Source: Myxococcota bacterium (GTDB lineage: Bacteria > Myxococcota_A > Polyangia > Nannocystales > Nannocystaceae). From it: a DNA stretch of 64,000 nucleotides. Positions 1 through 9,367 of this stretch are shown here, one piece after another; the first letter of the stretch is position 1, and each line of letters opens with the position of its first letter. The position numbers and the translations under genes were made by a program. The DNA lies in assembly GCA_039028615.1 (NCBI GenBank), contig JBCCHT010000048.1:29576-93575 (forward strand), in the 5' to 3' direction. The notes below the pieces were generated by a model. It did no database searches. It saw nothing but the letters and a program-made list of their open reading frames with translations, and was not told where the DNA came from.

Positions 1-2
1 GC

Positions 3-392
3 TACGGCCTCGAACACGGGCTGCGAGACCGGGCCAACATCAAGGCCCTGATCGCGGTGCAGCCCCTGCCCTACGAGCAGTTCATCGCTGCCTTCGGCAT
101 GCCGGGTTTCCTCGCCCGTGCGGGCGCCAAGGTCTCCCTCGACCGCACGGGCATCGACCTGGACAGCAAGACCTTCATCCCCGAGGTCAAGCACATCACC
201 GTGCCCACGCTGGTGGTCCAGAACAAGAACGACCCGTGGAGCACGCCCGAGATCGTGCAGCAGTTCTACGATGAGCTGCAGGTCGAAAAAGAGGCGCTGT
301 GGCTCGACTTGGTGAAGCAGCGCGCGGCGGCCTACGATTACTTGGGCACCCACCCGCAGTTCATCGACGAGTTCTTCGGAAAGTACATGTAG
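3..392 (+). CDS. Alpha/beta-hydrolase fold protein, C-terminal part (5' truncated by window edge)
   Basis: The frame of ORF 57..392 is open from position 3 (YGLEHGLRDRANIKALIAVQP...). The motif 'ITVPTLVVQNKNDPW' resembles the hydrolase strand/acid-residue region. Confidence 0.6.
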   Translation, partial: YGLEHGLRDRANIKALIAVQPLPYEQFIAAFGMPGFLARAGAKVSLDRTGIDLDSKTFIPEVKHITVPTLVVQNKNDPWSTPEIVQQFYDELQVEKEALWLDLVKQRAAAYDYLGTHPQFIDEFFGKYM

Positions 393-881
393 ATGTCGAC
401 CGGCAAGAAAGTCCTGATCGGAGTCGCCGCAACCGGAGCCCTACTGATGACCTTTGCTTGGCTCGGACACAAATCGGTACACGCCGAACTCGTCATCGAG
501 GCACCGCCGGAGAAGATCTGGGCGGTGCTCACCGACGCGCCGTCGTACTCGGAGTGGAACCCCGTGTTCGTCGATGTCCAAGGCGAGTACCGCCAGGGCG
601 CGACGATGACCTACCAGATGAAGGACCAAAAGGGCGCCATCACCGAGGTCAAGGCCGAGCTCATCAAGGTGGACCCGAACAAGGAACTCAACCAGTTCGG
701 GGGCATGCGCGGCATCCTGACCTTCGACCACCACTGGATCCTCGAGCCGGTCGAGGGCGGGACCAAGGTGACCCAGCACGAGGACTATCGGGGCATCGGC
801 GTGTGGTTCTGGGACCCGAGCTGGTTCGAGACGGCCTACGGCGAAGCGATCGCGGCGCTACGCGATCGCGTCACCTCCTGA
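393..881 (+). CDS. SRPBCC/START-like (polyketide cyclase/dehydrase) family protein with N-terminal membrane anchor
   Basis: 'VIEAPPEKIWAVLTDAPSYSEWNP' and 'DHHWILEPVEGGTKVTQHEDY' are SRPBCC-typical. ATG directly follows the upstream TAG. Confidence 0.8.
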   Translation: MSTGKKVLIGVAATGALLMTFAWLGHKSVHAELVIEAPPEKIWAVLTDAPSYSEWNPVFVDVQGEYRQGATMTYQMKDQKGAITEVKAELIKVDPNKELNQFGGMRGILTFDHHWILEPVEGGTKVTQHEDYRGIGVWFWDPSWFETAYGEAIAALRDRVTS

Positions 882-893
882 GCCCACGGCCGT

Positions 894-3023
894 CTAGGGT
901 AGCTCTGCGGGCTCGTCGGCGCCCTCGAGGTCGGCGGCGGGCTCGGGCTCCAGTGCGGCCGGTCGTTCGTCCGCGGGCGGAGTTGCGTACCACCAGGGCT
1001 GCCCCGCGATGCGTAGCCAGCCCGTTCCCCCCTCGAACACATAGGCCGTGCCCTGCTGCGGGAGCACGCGCAGCGACCACGCGGGATCGGAAGGCACGGG
1101 CCCCGTGTGCAAGACCGGGGTGGCGATCATGCTGCGCTCCGCGAGCCAGGCCTGGGCGTCGGCGACGGGGCCTCGGGTGTCGTCGACCCACGCCCCGCCC
1201 TGCCGCTGCAGCCGAAGGGTCTCGGCGCCGCGGGTCAGCTCGAGGCGACGGGCGTCGAGCAGCGCGCGCTCCAGGGGCAGCTCGACGAGCAGATCCTGCT
1301 TCAGCGTGTCGCAGGTGCCGGAGCTGACTCGGGCCGGTCGCTGCTCGTCCACCACCACGACGCAGGCATCGAACAGCGCAATCTCGAGGGAGAGGTCTTG
1401 GCCGCGCTTGGGGATCCGCTCGACGCGGAGGCGTCGCAGAGGCTGCGCCCCGGGGGGCAGCGAGACCCAGGCATCCGCCCGGAGCCCGGCCAGCGTGCTG
1501 AGCAGGGTCTCGAGGCGGAGTTCGTCGAGCGCCGCGTCCCCCTGCGGATGCGACGGCGCATCGAGGCGCCAGATGCCGAGGTCGAAGTGCACGCTCTGCC
1601 GCACCACGGTCGCCGCGTCGGTGCCCGGGAAGACCTCGATCGCCCGCACGTCCTCGCTGGGCAGCGACAGCAGGCGGCGCTCCGCGAACGTGTCGACATC
1701 GAAGGCCAAGGGCGGAACCGGACCCCGCAGTCGCAGGATGGGGCCGTCGTCTCGCTGACACCGCCGCGGCTGCTCGTCGGTGCAGCGCAGGCGCAGCTCG
1801 GCCGTGCTGTCGGTGACCAAGGACAGGTCCACCGTGGGCTCGAAGGGCGTCGCGTCCCCGACCACGAGCTCGACCTCGGCTTCGTGCAGCGCCCGATACC
1901 AGCGGTAGGCCTCCGGCTCGTCGACATCGAAGACCGCCGTGCGCCCCTGCGCGTCGGTCTCGATGCGCCACCCGCCGCCGTAGCGCCTCAAGACGCGGGG
2001 CTCGGGCGCACGCAGGTCGACGCGCAGCACTCGACCGTACTCGTGCGGCAACAAGCGCGGGTCGAGCAGCGCCGCGGCATCGGCCCCCGGTCGGCCGGGC
2101 ATGGGCCACGGCTGCACGACCCCGGCGTCCACACAGCCCCAGCGTCCGGGGCCGCGATCGATGAGCACGCGATCGTCTCGCCCGGGGCACGTGCCGTGCC
2201 TGCGGATCGACCAGTCGGAGCCGTCGCGCCCCTCGATGCGCAGCCAGGGTGCACCGGGCTCGTCGCGAGGCTCCACCAGGGGGTCGAGACGCGCGGAGAC
2301 GAGACGATCGAGCTTGGCCTCCACCGCCACTCGATCGAGCATCGTGGCCGGCCCGCTCCCCAGTCCTCCGCGCCAGTGACCATCGAGGCCGCGGCGAATC
2401 TCGAGCTCGCCGTCGGCCAGCGCAACCACGTCGACGGGGTCGGCCACCACCAAGCGGCGGGCCAGCCACGTCTCGGGGGCCTGCTTGACCAGCACGCCCA
2501 GCTCCGACTCGAGCACCCACAGCCCCTCGGTCCCCTCGGCGCCGCCTTCGACTGCCCCGTAGAGCCCGACGTCGTCGGCGGTGGGCCGGCCGAGCACGAG
2601 CGTTCGCGTGCCGCCCTGGGGCAGCTCGATCACCAGCGTGCCGCCGTCGCCCAAGCCGGGCTCGGGCACGTCGCTGGCCGCCCGTAGCGTGGTGGCCAGG
2701 CGCAGCGAGTCCCAGACGCCCTCGACCGCCTCGGGATCCGCCGGTCCTAGCACTTCGTCGCCGAGCACGACCTGGTGCCCCAAGCCCGCGGGGCGCAGTC
2801 GGACGGGCTCGCCGTGCGACGGCCACAGCTCGATGGTCGCGCCCGCGGAATCGGTGGTGGCCAGCTCGGGCAGCACTCGCCATGCCGCGGAGCGCGTGGA
2901 CACCAGGGTCGCGGACGCCGAGTCTTCGTCGCGCGCGTCGTAGTGCGCCCAGCCGACCGAAGCCACGGCGATGGCCAGCCACGCCCATGTGGCCTTCGAA
3001 GGCGCGATGGCATCGAGCTTCAT
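894..3023 (-). CDS. DUF4340-like repeat periplasmic protein with N-terminal TM helix
   Basis: Start re-called to ATG 3023 (ATGA overlap with upstream stop). TM 'WAWLAIAVASVGW'. Repeated 'GL...TLVLGRPT..GLY...WLARRLV' and 'FAERRLLSL..DVRAIEV' segments. Typical position after a GldG-like gene. Confidence 0.65.
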   Translation of the reverse strand: MKLDAIAPSKATWAWLAIAVASVGWAHYDARDEDSASATLVSTRSAAWRVLPELATTDSAGATIELWPSHGEPVRLRPAGLGHQVVLGDEVLGPADPEAVEGVWDSLRLATTLRAASDVPEPGLGDGGTLVIELPQGGTRTLVLGRPTADDVGLYGAVEGGAEGTEGLWVLESELGVLVKQAPETWLARRLVVADPVDVVALADGELEIRRGLDGHWRGGLGSGPATMLDRVAVEAKLDRLVSARLDPLVEPRDEPGAPWLRIEGRDGSDWSIRRHGTCPGRDDRVLIDRGPGRWGCVDAGVVQPWPMPGRPGADAAALLDPRLLPHEYGRVLRVDLRAPEPRVLRRYGGGWRIETDAQGRTAVFDVDEPEAYRWYRALHEAEVELVVGDATPFEPTVDLSLVTDSTAELRLRCTDEQPRRCQRDDGPILRLRGPVPPLAFDVDTFAERRLLSLPSEDVRAIEVFPGTDAATVVRQSVHFDLGIWRLDAPSHPQGDAALDELRLETLLSTLAGLRADAWVSLPPGAQPLRRLRVERIPKRGQDLSLEIALFDACVVVVDEQRPARVSSGTCDTLKQDLLVELPLERALLDARRLELTRGAETLRLQRQGGAWVDDTRGPVADAQAWLAERSMIATPVLHTGPVPSDPAWSLRVLPQQGTAYVFEGGTGWLRIAGQPWWYATPPADERPAALEPEPAADLEGADEPAELP

Positions 3024-5254
3024 CGTCGCCGCCTCCATGCCACCCATGCCCCGAGCACGATGCCGAAGCCGGGCAGGCCGAACAGGCACATCCAGACCAT
3101 GCGCTGCAGCTGCTGCGGTCGCAGGACCAGCTTGACGTGCTCTCGTGCGCGCGGGCGGATGCCCAGCAGCGCCTCGCGATCGGTCAGCCACCCGACGGCG
3201 TTGAGGATGAGGTCTCGCCCGTGGTCGTAGCCGATGTCGCCCCGCAAGTAGGCGTTGAGAGCGAACTTGTCGGAGGCGATCACGACCAGACGCGAGCTGC
3301 CCCGCTCGCCCGCGGCCGCCACAGGCACCGGGCCTTCCCGATCGCGCTCGCCCTGCTCGGCCCCTTCTCCCGCCCGCAGCGCAGCGATGTCCGCCTCGGC
3401 CCAGCCCTCTTCGCTCGCCTGGACCAGCAGCTCGGGCTCACGCGCCTCGGGCACGGCCGACAGCGTCAGCTCGCGCGCCTGAATGAAGCTGACGGGGCGC
3501 CCCCACAGGGCACGTACGGCCGGGTGCTCGCCCCAGCCGTCGACCAGCGTGAACGCCAGCAGCGGCGACCCGCCCGGCATGCCGTGGGGATCGAGCACCA
3601 CCCGATCGCCGAACACGATGCCGTAGCGCGCCGCGAGGGGCTCGAGCCCGTGGTCGATCAGCCCGTCGCCGTCGGGACGCGCCACCGCGCCGGTCAGCAG
3701 CAGCAGGTCTCCGCCGTGCTCCGCCCATTGCTCGACCGTGCGAAGCTCGGCCGGCGACAGCGAACCGCTGGGGCCCGCCACCAACAGGACCTGACAGCCC
3801 GCCAAGCCCTCGGCCACCTCGAGGTCGGCGTGTCGCAGCTCGAGGTTCGCCCGCCGCAGCAAGTCCCCCAGGTGGGCATAGCCACCAAAGGGCTCCAGGC
3901 CGTCGAAGGGCGGCTCTCCGTGCCCCTGCGTGTGGCAGACGGTGATCTCCATCGGGTTGCTGACCTGGATGAACGCCGACAGCAACGCCTCCTCGCCGCG
4001 GAACTCCTTGACCCGAGGACCGGTGGCCTGCACGTCGGGCCCGGTCGCATAGGTCACCAGCTCGCCCGGCAGCACGTGGGTCTTGCGGAGCTGGGCTCCC
4101 TGCCCCGCTCGCACCAGCACCACGCCGTCGGCCAGGTCGCGGCCGCCCAGGCCAAACTCGGCGACCAGCTGCTCTGCCTCTTGGCGATCGCGATCCGGGT
4201 CGAGCACCCGCACCCGCAGGTTCTTGGTGTGCTCGCCCATGCGCGTGAGCACCTCGCGAAGCTCCTGCGCCAGGGGGTTGGGCCGCCCACCGCCGATGGT
4301 GGCGGGCACCAACACCCGCACGTCGACGGGCCCCGGCAGATCGGCGAGCACCGACTCGGCCCGGGGCGACAGCGAGTACACGCGCCCGCCCGTCCAGTCG
4401 TCGCGCGACGAGTGCCGGGCCCCCGCCCACGAAAGGTGCCCCACCGCCAGCCCCAGTAGCACCAGCTGGAGCACGTGCTCGGCCCGGCGCCGTGGATCGA
4501 TGACCACCACCGCCGCCGCCAAGCTGATGGTGACCACCGCCCCGTGCAGCCACAGCCAGCGCCCGTCCACGATGCCCTGGGCCAGCTCCTGCATCATCGT
4601 CAGCAGGCTGGTGCGCTCGAGCACCCGCGCCAGCGCTTCGGACTCGACCTGGTCGACCAACAGCCCCGCGAGCAACACGATGGTGCACACCACGAAGCTG
4701 CCGATGGCCGCGCCCAGCTGGCTGCGCGACAAGGCGCTGGCCAGCAGCCCAATGGCCAAAAAGCTCGCCCCGACGAGCGCCGTGCCCATGTAGCCCGACG
4801 CGATGGGACCGAGATCCGGCTGGACCTGGGCGCCGCGCAGCAGCAGATAAAACACCGCCGTGGGCAGCCACAGCGCAGCATAAAAGCCCATCGCGCCCGC
4901 GAACTTGCCCAGCACCACCTGGGCCGGCGACAGCGGAGCGGTGAGCAGCGCCTCGAGCGTGCCCTGCTTCTTCTCTTCGGCCAAAAGGCGCATGCTGATC
5001 GCCGAGCACAGAAACAGCACGGGCAACCAGAAGATGAAGAAGCTGCCCCCGAAGTAGAACTGCATCACGGGGCCGGGCGCCGCCAACGGATCGTTGAGCA
5101 CTCGCAGCAGCAGCGCGAAGTTCCAGCCCTGCAGCAGCAGGAACAGGGTGCCCACCACATAGGCCAGCGGCGTCACGAACAGCGACAGCAGCTCGCGATA
5201 GGCGATGGAGGCGGTGCCCCCCACCCAGCCCGGGGCGCGTCGGGCCGCGCTCAT
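3020..5254 (-). CDS. Fused ABC-2 permease (GldF-like) + GldG/ABC-type uncharacterised transport domain
   Basis: N-terminal 'RELLSLFVTPLAY...SMRLLAEEKKQGTLEALLTAP...VVLGKF' permease. Then 'DWTGGRVYSLSP', 'TQGHGE', 'DLILNAVGWL' and a C-terminal TM ending RRRR, all GldG-family hallmarks. Confidence 0.85.
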   Translation of the reverse strand: MSAARRAPGWVGGTASIAYRELLSLFVTPLAYVVGTLFLLLQGWNFALLLRVLNDPLAAPGPVMQFYFGGSFFIFWLPVLFLCSAISMRLLAEEKKQGTLEALLTAPLSPAQVVLGKFAGAMGFYAALWLPTAVFYLLLRGAQVQPDLGPIASGYMGTALVGASFLAIGLLASALSRSQLGAAIGSFVVCTIVLLAGLLVDQVESEALARVLERTSLLTMMQELAQGIVDGRWLWLHGAVVTISLAAAVVVIDPRRRAEHVLQLVLLGLAVGHLSWAGARHSSRDDWTGGRVYSLSPRAESVLADLPGPVDVRVLVPATIGGGRPNPLAQELREVLTRMGEHTKNLRVRVLDPDRDRQEAEQLVAEFGLGGRDLADGVVLVRAGQGAQLRKTHVLPGELVTYATGPDVQATGPRVKEFRGEEALLSAFIQVSNPMEITVCHTQGHGEPPFDGLEPFGGYAHLGDLLRRANLELRHADLEVAEGLAGCQVLLVAGPSGSLSPAELRTVEQWAEHGGDLLLLTGAVARPDGDGLIDHGLEPLAARYGIVFGDRVVLDPHGMPGGSPLLAFTLVDGWGEHPAVRALWGRPVSFIQARELTLSAVPEAREPELLVQASEEGWAEADIAALRAGEGAEQGERDREGPVPVAAAGERGSSRLVVIASDKFALNAYLRGDIGYDHGRDLILNAVGWLTDREALLGIRPRAREHVKLVLRPQQLQRMVWMCLFGLPGFGIVLGAWVAWRRRR

Positions 5255-6276
5255 GCGTCCGCCCTCGCATCGTCGGAGGCTTCGGGGGTCGAGCTTCGGT
5301 CCCCGCCCGTCACCTGAGCAAAGCGCTCTTCGAGCCGGGTTCGACCCGCGCGCAGCTCGAGCAGCACCAAGCCCGCGTCCTTCGTCGCACGCCCCAGCGC
5401 CGCCATGACCGGCTCGACGGCGAGGCCCTCGGGCACCCGCACCGTGACCTCGCTTCGCTCATCGTCGACGGCCTCGGGAGCATCGGGCGTGCCCGCGGCA
5501 TCCAGCGCCGCCCATGCCTGCTCGACGACGGCGGCGGCCGCTTCGGCATCGGCGTGCCAGGCCGCGACCACGTGCTGTCCTGCCGTCGCGGAGGCCAGGT
5601 CTTCATCGGCCACCACCCGCCCCTCGGACAGGATCACCACCCGATCGCACAGCAGCTCCACCTCGGCCAGGATGTGACTGGAGAACACCAGCGTGTGCTC
5701 GCCCCCGAGTTCCTTGAGCATGGCCCGAATCTCTCGCACCTGGTTGGGGTCGAGACCCACCGTGGGCTCGTCGAGGATGACCACGGGGGGCGCTCCGAGC
5801 AGGGCGTCGGCCACCCCGACCCGCTGCCGATACCCACGGCTGAGCTGCGCCACGGGGGTGTCGAGCACGTCGGCGATGCCCGTCGCCTCCGCCACGCGCC
5901 CGATCTCCGCGGCTCGGCGTCGTCGCGGCACGCCCTTGATCCGCGCCCGGAACTCCAGGTGCTCCCGCGCCCGCAGCTCGTAGTACAGCGGCACGTGCTC
6001 GGGCATGTAGCCCACGCAGGCCCGAGCATCACGGGAGCGGGTCAGCACGTCGAAGCCGGCCAGCTCCACCCGCGCGCCCGGGGAGCGAGACACGGGCAAG
6101 AAGCCGCAGCAGATCCGCATGAGCGTGGACTTGCCCGCGCCGTTCGGCCCGAGCAGCCCGAGCCGCTCGCCGGCCTCCACGCGTAGCGACACGTCTTCGA
6201 GGGCGGAGCGCTCGGCCCCCGGGTAGCGGTGGCTGAGCGCCTCGACCCACAGCGCAGCGCGATCGGGCGGGCTCAC
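5251..6276 (-). CDS. ABC transporter ATP-binding protein (GldA-like)
   Basis: Walker A GPNGAGKS, signature 'LSRGYRQRVG', 'ILDEPTVGLDP', 'SSHIL'. Start re-called to GTG 6276, overlapping the upstream TGA. Confidence 0.9.
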   Translation of the reverse strand: MSPPDRAALWVEALSHRYPGAERSALEDVSLRVEAGERLGLLGPNGAGKSTLMRICCGFLPVSRSPGARVELAGFDVLTRSRDARACVGYMPEHVPLYYELRAREHLEFRARIKGVPRRRRAAEIGRVAEATGIADVLDTPVAQLSRGYRQRVGVADALLGAPPVVILDEPTVGLDPNQVREIRAMLKELGGEHTLVFSSHILAEVELLCDRVVILSEGRVVADEDLASATAGQHVVAAWHADAEAAAAVVEQAWAALDAAGTPDAPEAVDDERSEVTVRVPEGLAVEPVMAALGRATKDAGLVLLELRAGRTRLEERFAQVTGGDRSSTPEASDDARADA

Positions 6277-7445
6277 CCGGCCGATGGTGCCGTGCCCTCG
6301 CCCGCAACGGAACCCGCGGCGGGACTCGGGTCGGCGGGCGCTTTGGCGGGCGCGGGCTCGGCCTCGTCCGCAGGCGCGATGGTGCTGCGCTGCGTAGGCG
6401 CGACCGGAGCTGACGCCGCGCGAGGAACCTCGCCTTCGGTGGCGCGCGGATCGTCGTCGGGCAAGCGCGGACGCTCGGTGGCCTCGACCTCGACCGGCTC
6501 GCGAGCGATCTCCGTGATGGCCCACTCCACCGCTTCCTTCGTCTCCGGGTCCCGCTCGGTCTCCTGCTGCGTCTTCAGCACGGGCAGGTAGCTGGACAGC
6601 CGCTGGATGCCCATGACCCGAGCGATGGCCGCTCGCACCTTGGCGTCGGGGTCGGAGCGCAACGCGTAGATCAACGCCACCGCGGTGCCCTGGTCGGCCG
6701 CGGCCGCCAGCGCGTTCGCGCAGCCGATGCGCTCGTCGACGTCGACCACGTAGTTGCCGTTGTCGTCGTGCAGCGTGAGCCCGTCGATGAGCCCCTTGCG
6801 GCGGCGCTCGTAGTCCACGTAGGCCTGCACGCTGCCCTCTTGGTCGCCCGCTCGCAGGCGCAGCTCGCCGAGCGCCAGCCAGTTCTCGAGGTTGTCGGGG
6901 TCGAGCTCGGCCGCCTTTTCCTGCGCCTTCACGGCCCCGGGCAAGTCGCCCACGCGCGCCGACGCCAAGGCCAACGCCATGTGCGGGCCCGCGTCGTCGG
7001 GCACCAACTTGGCCGCGTGTTGATAGAAGCCCGACGCCTTGAGCGAGTCACCGCGCGCATCGAAGAGCGAGCCGAGCAGCAACGCCGCGTTGGCCCGCAG
7101 CGGCTTGGCCTCGGACCCGTTGGCGATCTCTTCGAGCTCGGCGCGGATCTTCGGGAATCGCGCGCTCTTGGCGAGATCGGGATCGCGGTCGAGCTCGTCC
7201 TTGATCTTCAGGTAGCGAATGGCGGCTTCGTCGTCCGACTTCTTCTCGCCGTCGGCCCCCGCGCTTTCGCCCTTGGACGCGGAATTGGCCGCCGGATTGG
7301 GTACTGGCTCACGCGAAGGCGCATTGTCGCAGCCTCCGAGGGTGAGCGCGCCGACCACCAGCCAAGCAGCCGAAAGACGACGGCCTCCTGGAGCAAGAAC
7401 ATTCCAACCGGAATTCTCGCGTCTTTTCCGCCAATTCACGGACAT
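6273..7445 (-). CDS. TPR + HEAT-repeat lipoprotein
   Basis: Lipobox 'LTLGGC'. TPR-like 'AKLVPDDAGPHMALA' and 'AELDPDNLENWLALG'. HEAT-like 'ALRSDPDAKVRAAIARVMG'. Start uncertain; ATG 7445 chosen. Confidence 0.7.
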   Translation of the reverse strand: MSVNWRKRRENSGWNVLAPGGRRLSAAWLVVGALTLGGCDNAPSREPVPNPAANSASKGESAGADGEKKSDDEAAIRYLKIKDELDRDPDLAKSARFPKIRAELEEIANGSEAKPLRANAALLLGSLFDARGDSLKASGFYQHAAKLVPDDAGPHMALALASARVGDLPGAVKAQEKAAELDPDNLENWLALGELRLRAGDQEGSVQAYVDYERRRKGLIDGLTLHDDNGNYVVDVDERIGCANALAAAADQGTAVALIYALRSDPDAKVRAAIARVMGIQRLSSYLPVLKTQQETERDPETKEAVEWAITEIAREPVEVEATERPRLPDDDPRATEGEVPRAASAPVAPTQRSTIAPADEAEPAPAKAPADPSPAAGSVAGEGTAPSAG

Positions 7446-7492
7446 CGCGGGGAGGTTGCCACAAATCGTCTGGGTCATGATACGCTCGCAAT

Positions 7493-9235
7493 GTGGGGTT
7501 TGTGCGGAAGCTGCGATCATTAGCGGTCGCAACCGTCCTAACCGGTCTGGGCCCGGCGGCGTGCATCGCCGATCCGATGGTGCCCTGTGATGAGTTCGAC
7601 GCGGGTGAGGCTTCCGACAACCAAGTCGACCGCGCCCACGTAGGTCCGATCGCCGCGATCGCCATGAAGGATTCGTTCCTCCTGCGGAACGTGTGCGATG
7701 GCGACGACTGCAAGTTCGATCGACTGCCCCTGCCCGAGCTGAGTGCCGGGAGCCAGCTCATGCTGAGCACGGCCGGCCACTTCCTCGTCGGCATCGACGA
7801 CGACACCGGACGTATCTGGACTCACGAGTTCGATGACAATGGTCATCGAAAGAACAAAGAGCAGACCTATGTCCACCCCGACGACGGGCCGGCGATGCTG
7901 GTCATCGGCCTGCGCGACAGTGATTCCCTGATTGTGAGGGACCGCAGCAATCGGCTGGCGGTCTACGAGCCGCGCGGCTACCAGGCGCTGCCCATCGCCG
8001 ACGACCTCGGCCCCAACGCGCGACTGGCCGCGGTGGGTGAGCACGACGTCGTGGTGCGGATCGATCACGACAACGGTACCGAGAGCCTGTACATGGTCGA
8101 CGTGGGCGACGAGCCCCTGCCGGGCAAGCTTCGTCGCATCGCGCCTCCGCTGAAGATCGCAACCGGTCATTTCACGAGCGTGGTCTTCGGGCCCGGTGAC
8201 GGGACGCTGGTGCTGTCCTCGGGCAAGGGTCGCGACGCCAGCGTGATCGTCGTGGACGTGGCCACGACGACGGTCATCGACGCCTTCGAAGGCGACGTGA
8301 TCAGTGCGCCGCAAGACAACGACAAGCGCGCGGTCGAAGAGTTCCCCGGGCTGCACGCAATCTCGCCCAGCGGCGACCAGATCGCGTACCGCACGGTGTC
8401 CGGCAGCCTGGCCGTGCGCCGCCTGGGCACGCAATCGTCCTGCCTGGTGCGCAATACCAACCGCTTGGGCACGGGCCGCGACCCGGGCAACAACGACGGC
8501 AACCACGTGGCCGCCGGGTTCTCCGCCGACGGCATCATCTACGCCCAGTACCGGGTCGGGACCGCGCAGAGCTTCGTCTACGCCTACGAGCCTCAGCACC
8601 AGCAGATGACCACGCTGGGTCGCGAGGAATCGGGCTGGCGCCTCACCGCCGTGCCCGGTCGCGTGACCGCGCCCGACGGTGAAGCCGAGCAGCTGTGGGC
8701 CGTGGGCCGCCGCGACTTCGGCGAGTACAGCAGCATCGGAGAGCGCGGCGCCGAGGGCAACGTGATCAGCACCGAGCTGATGTTCATGCCCCGCAACGAC
8801 AAGGGCGTATGGGCGCTCGACGTCGCGGACGACATCGAAGACGACGCCAACGTCACCGGTGCCCTCTCGGTTCGGCGCATCGAGCCGCCGACCTGGACCG
8901 ACGGCAACCTCCGCTTCGATCAACAGCCCGAGGATCAGATCATCGACCACTTCGTGGGCGACGACGACGAGGGCCCGCTCCTGCTTCCCGTCAGCGGCAC
9001 CATGTGTGTGAGCAGCGGCGTCCCCGGGCGCTGGGCGTACCACTGCGGCGACCTGAGCAGCGACGGCTCTCGGATCACGACGAACTCGGGCAACCAAGAG
9101 CGACACGCCGATCCGAATAGTCAGCCCGAGTTCGATCCGCCCCCGCCCGCGCCCAGCGACGACGGCGAGGACGAAGAAGACGAGGAAGACCAAGAGGACG
9201 ACAGCGGCGACGACGGCGACCCCACCCGTAACTAG
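7493..9235 (+). CDS. Hypothetical lipoprotein, probable beta-propeller, with acidic C-terminal tail
   Basis: Signal peptide and lipobox 'GLGPAAC'. Propeller-like motifs 'VVFGPGDGTLV', 'AISPSGDQIAY', 'GFSADG'. D/E-rich tail. Strong GC3 codon bias. Confidence 0.7.
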   Translation: MGFVRKLRSLAVATVLTGLGPAACIADPMVPCDEFDAGEASDNQVDRAHVGPIAAIAMKDSFLLRNVCDGDDCKFDRLPLPELSAGSQLMLSTAGHFLVGIDDDTGRIWTHEFDDNGHRKNKEQTYVHPDDGPAMLVIGLRDSDSLIVRDRSNRLAVYEPRGYQALPIADDLGPNARLAAVGEHDVVVRIDHDNGTESLYMVDVGDEPLPGKLRRIAPPLKIATGHFTSVVFGPGDGTLVLSSGKGRDASVIVVDVATTTVIDAFEGDVISAPQDNDKRAVEEFPGLHAISPSGDQIAYRTVSGSLAVRRLGTQSSCLVRNTNRLGTGRDPGNNDGNHVAAGFSADGIIYAQYRVGTAQSFVYAYEPQHQQMTTLGREESGWRLTAVPGRVTAPDGEAEQLWAVGRRDFGEYSSIGERGAEGNVISTELMFMPRNDKGVWALDVADDIEDDANVTGALSVRRIEPPTWTDGNLRFDQQPEDQIIDHFVGDDDEGPLLLPVSGTMCVSSGVPGRWAYHCGDLSSDGSRITTNSGNQERHADPNSQPEFDPPPPAPSDDGEDEEDEEDQEDDSGDDGDPTRN

Positions 9236-9367
9236 CGTAGGGTGAGTCATCGTCGTGGCCCGGACGATCCCATCGGCCGGGGATGGTTGTGGACCGCTAT
9301 GCGCCGCGTGGCACCAATCGGACACGCCCGGGTCACGCGACCCCTCGAGCGGGGGTAAGCTCCGCGC

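Noticed and set aside
1..881. Slightly lower-GC hydrolase/SRPBCC pair as a horizontally acquired island edge
   Set aside because: Codon bias is still strongly GC3, no att site, tRNA or mobility gene is visible, and too little sequence is available to judge.
3020..6276. Bacteroidetes-type gliding motility locus
   Set aside because: Only GldA/F/G-like ABC components are present. There are no gldK-N or spr genes, and such ABC systems occur in many non-gliding taxa.
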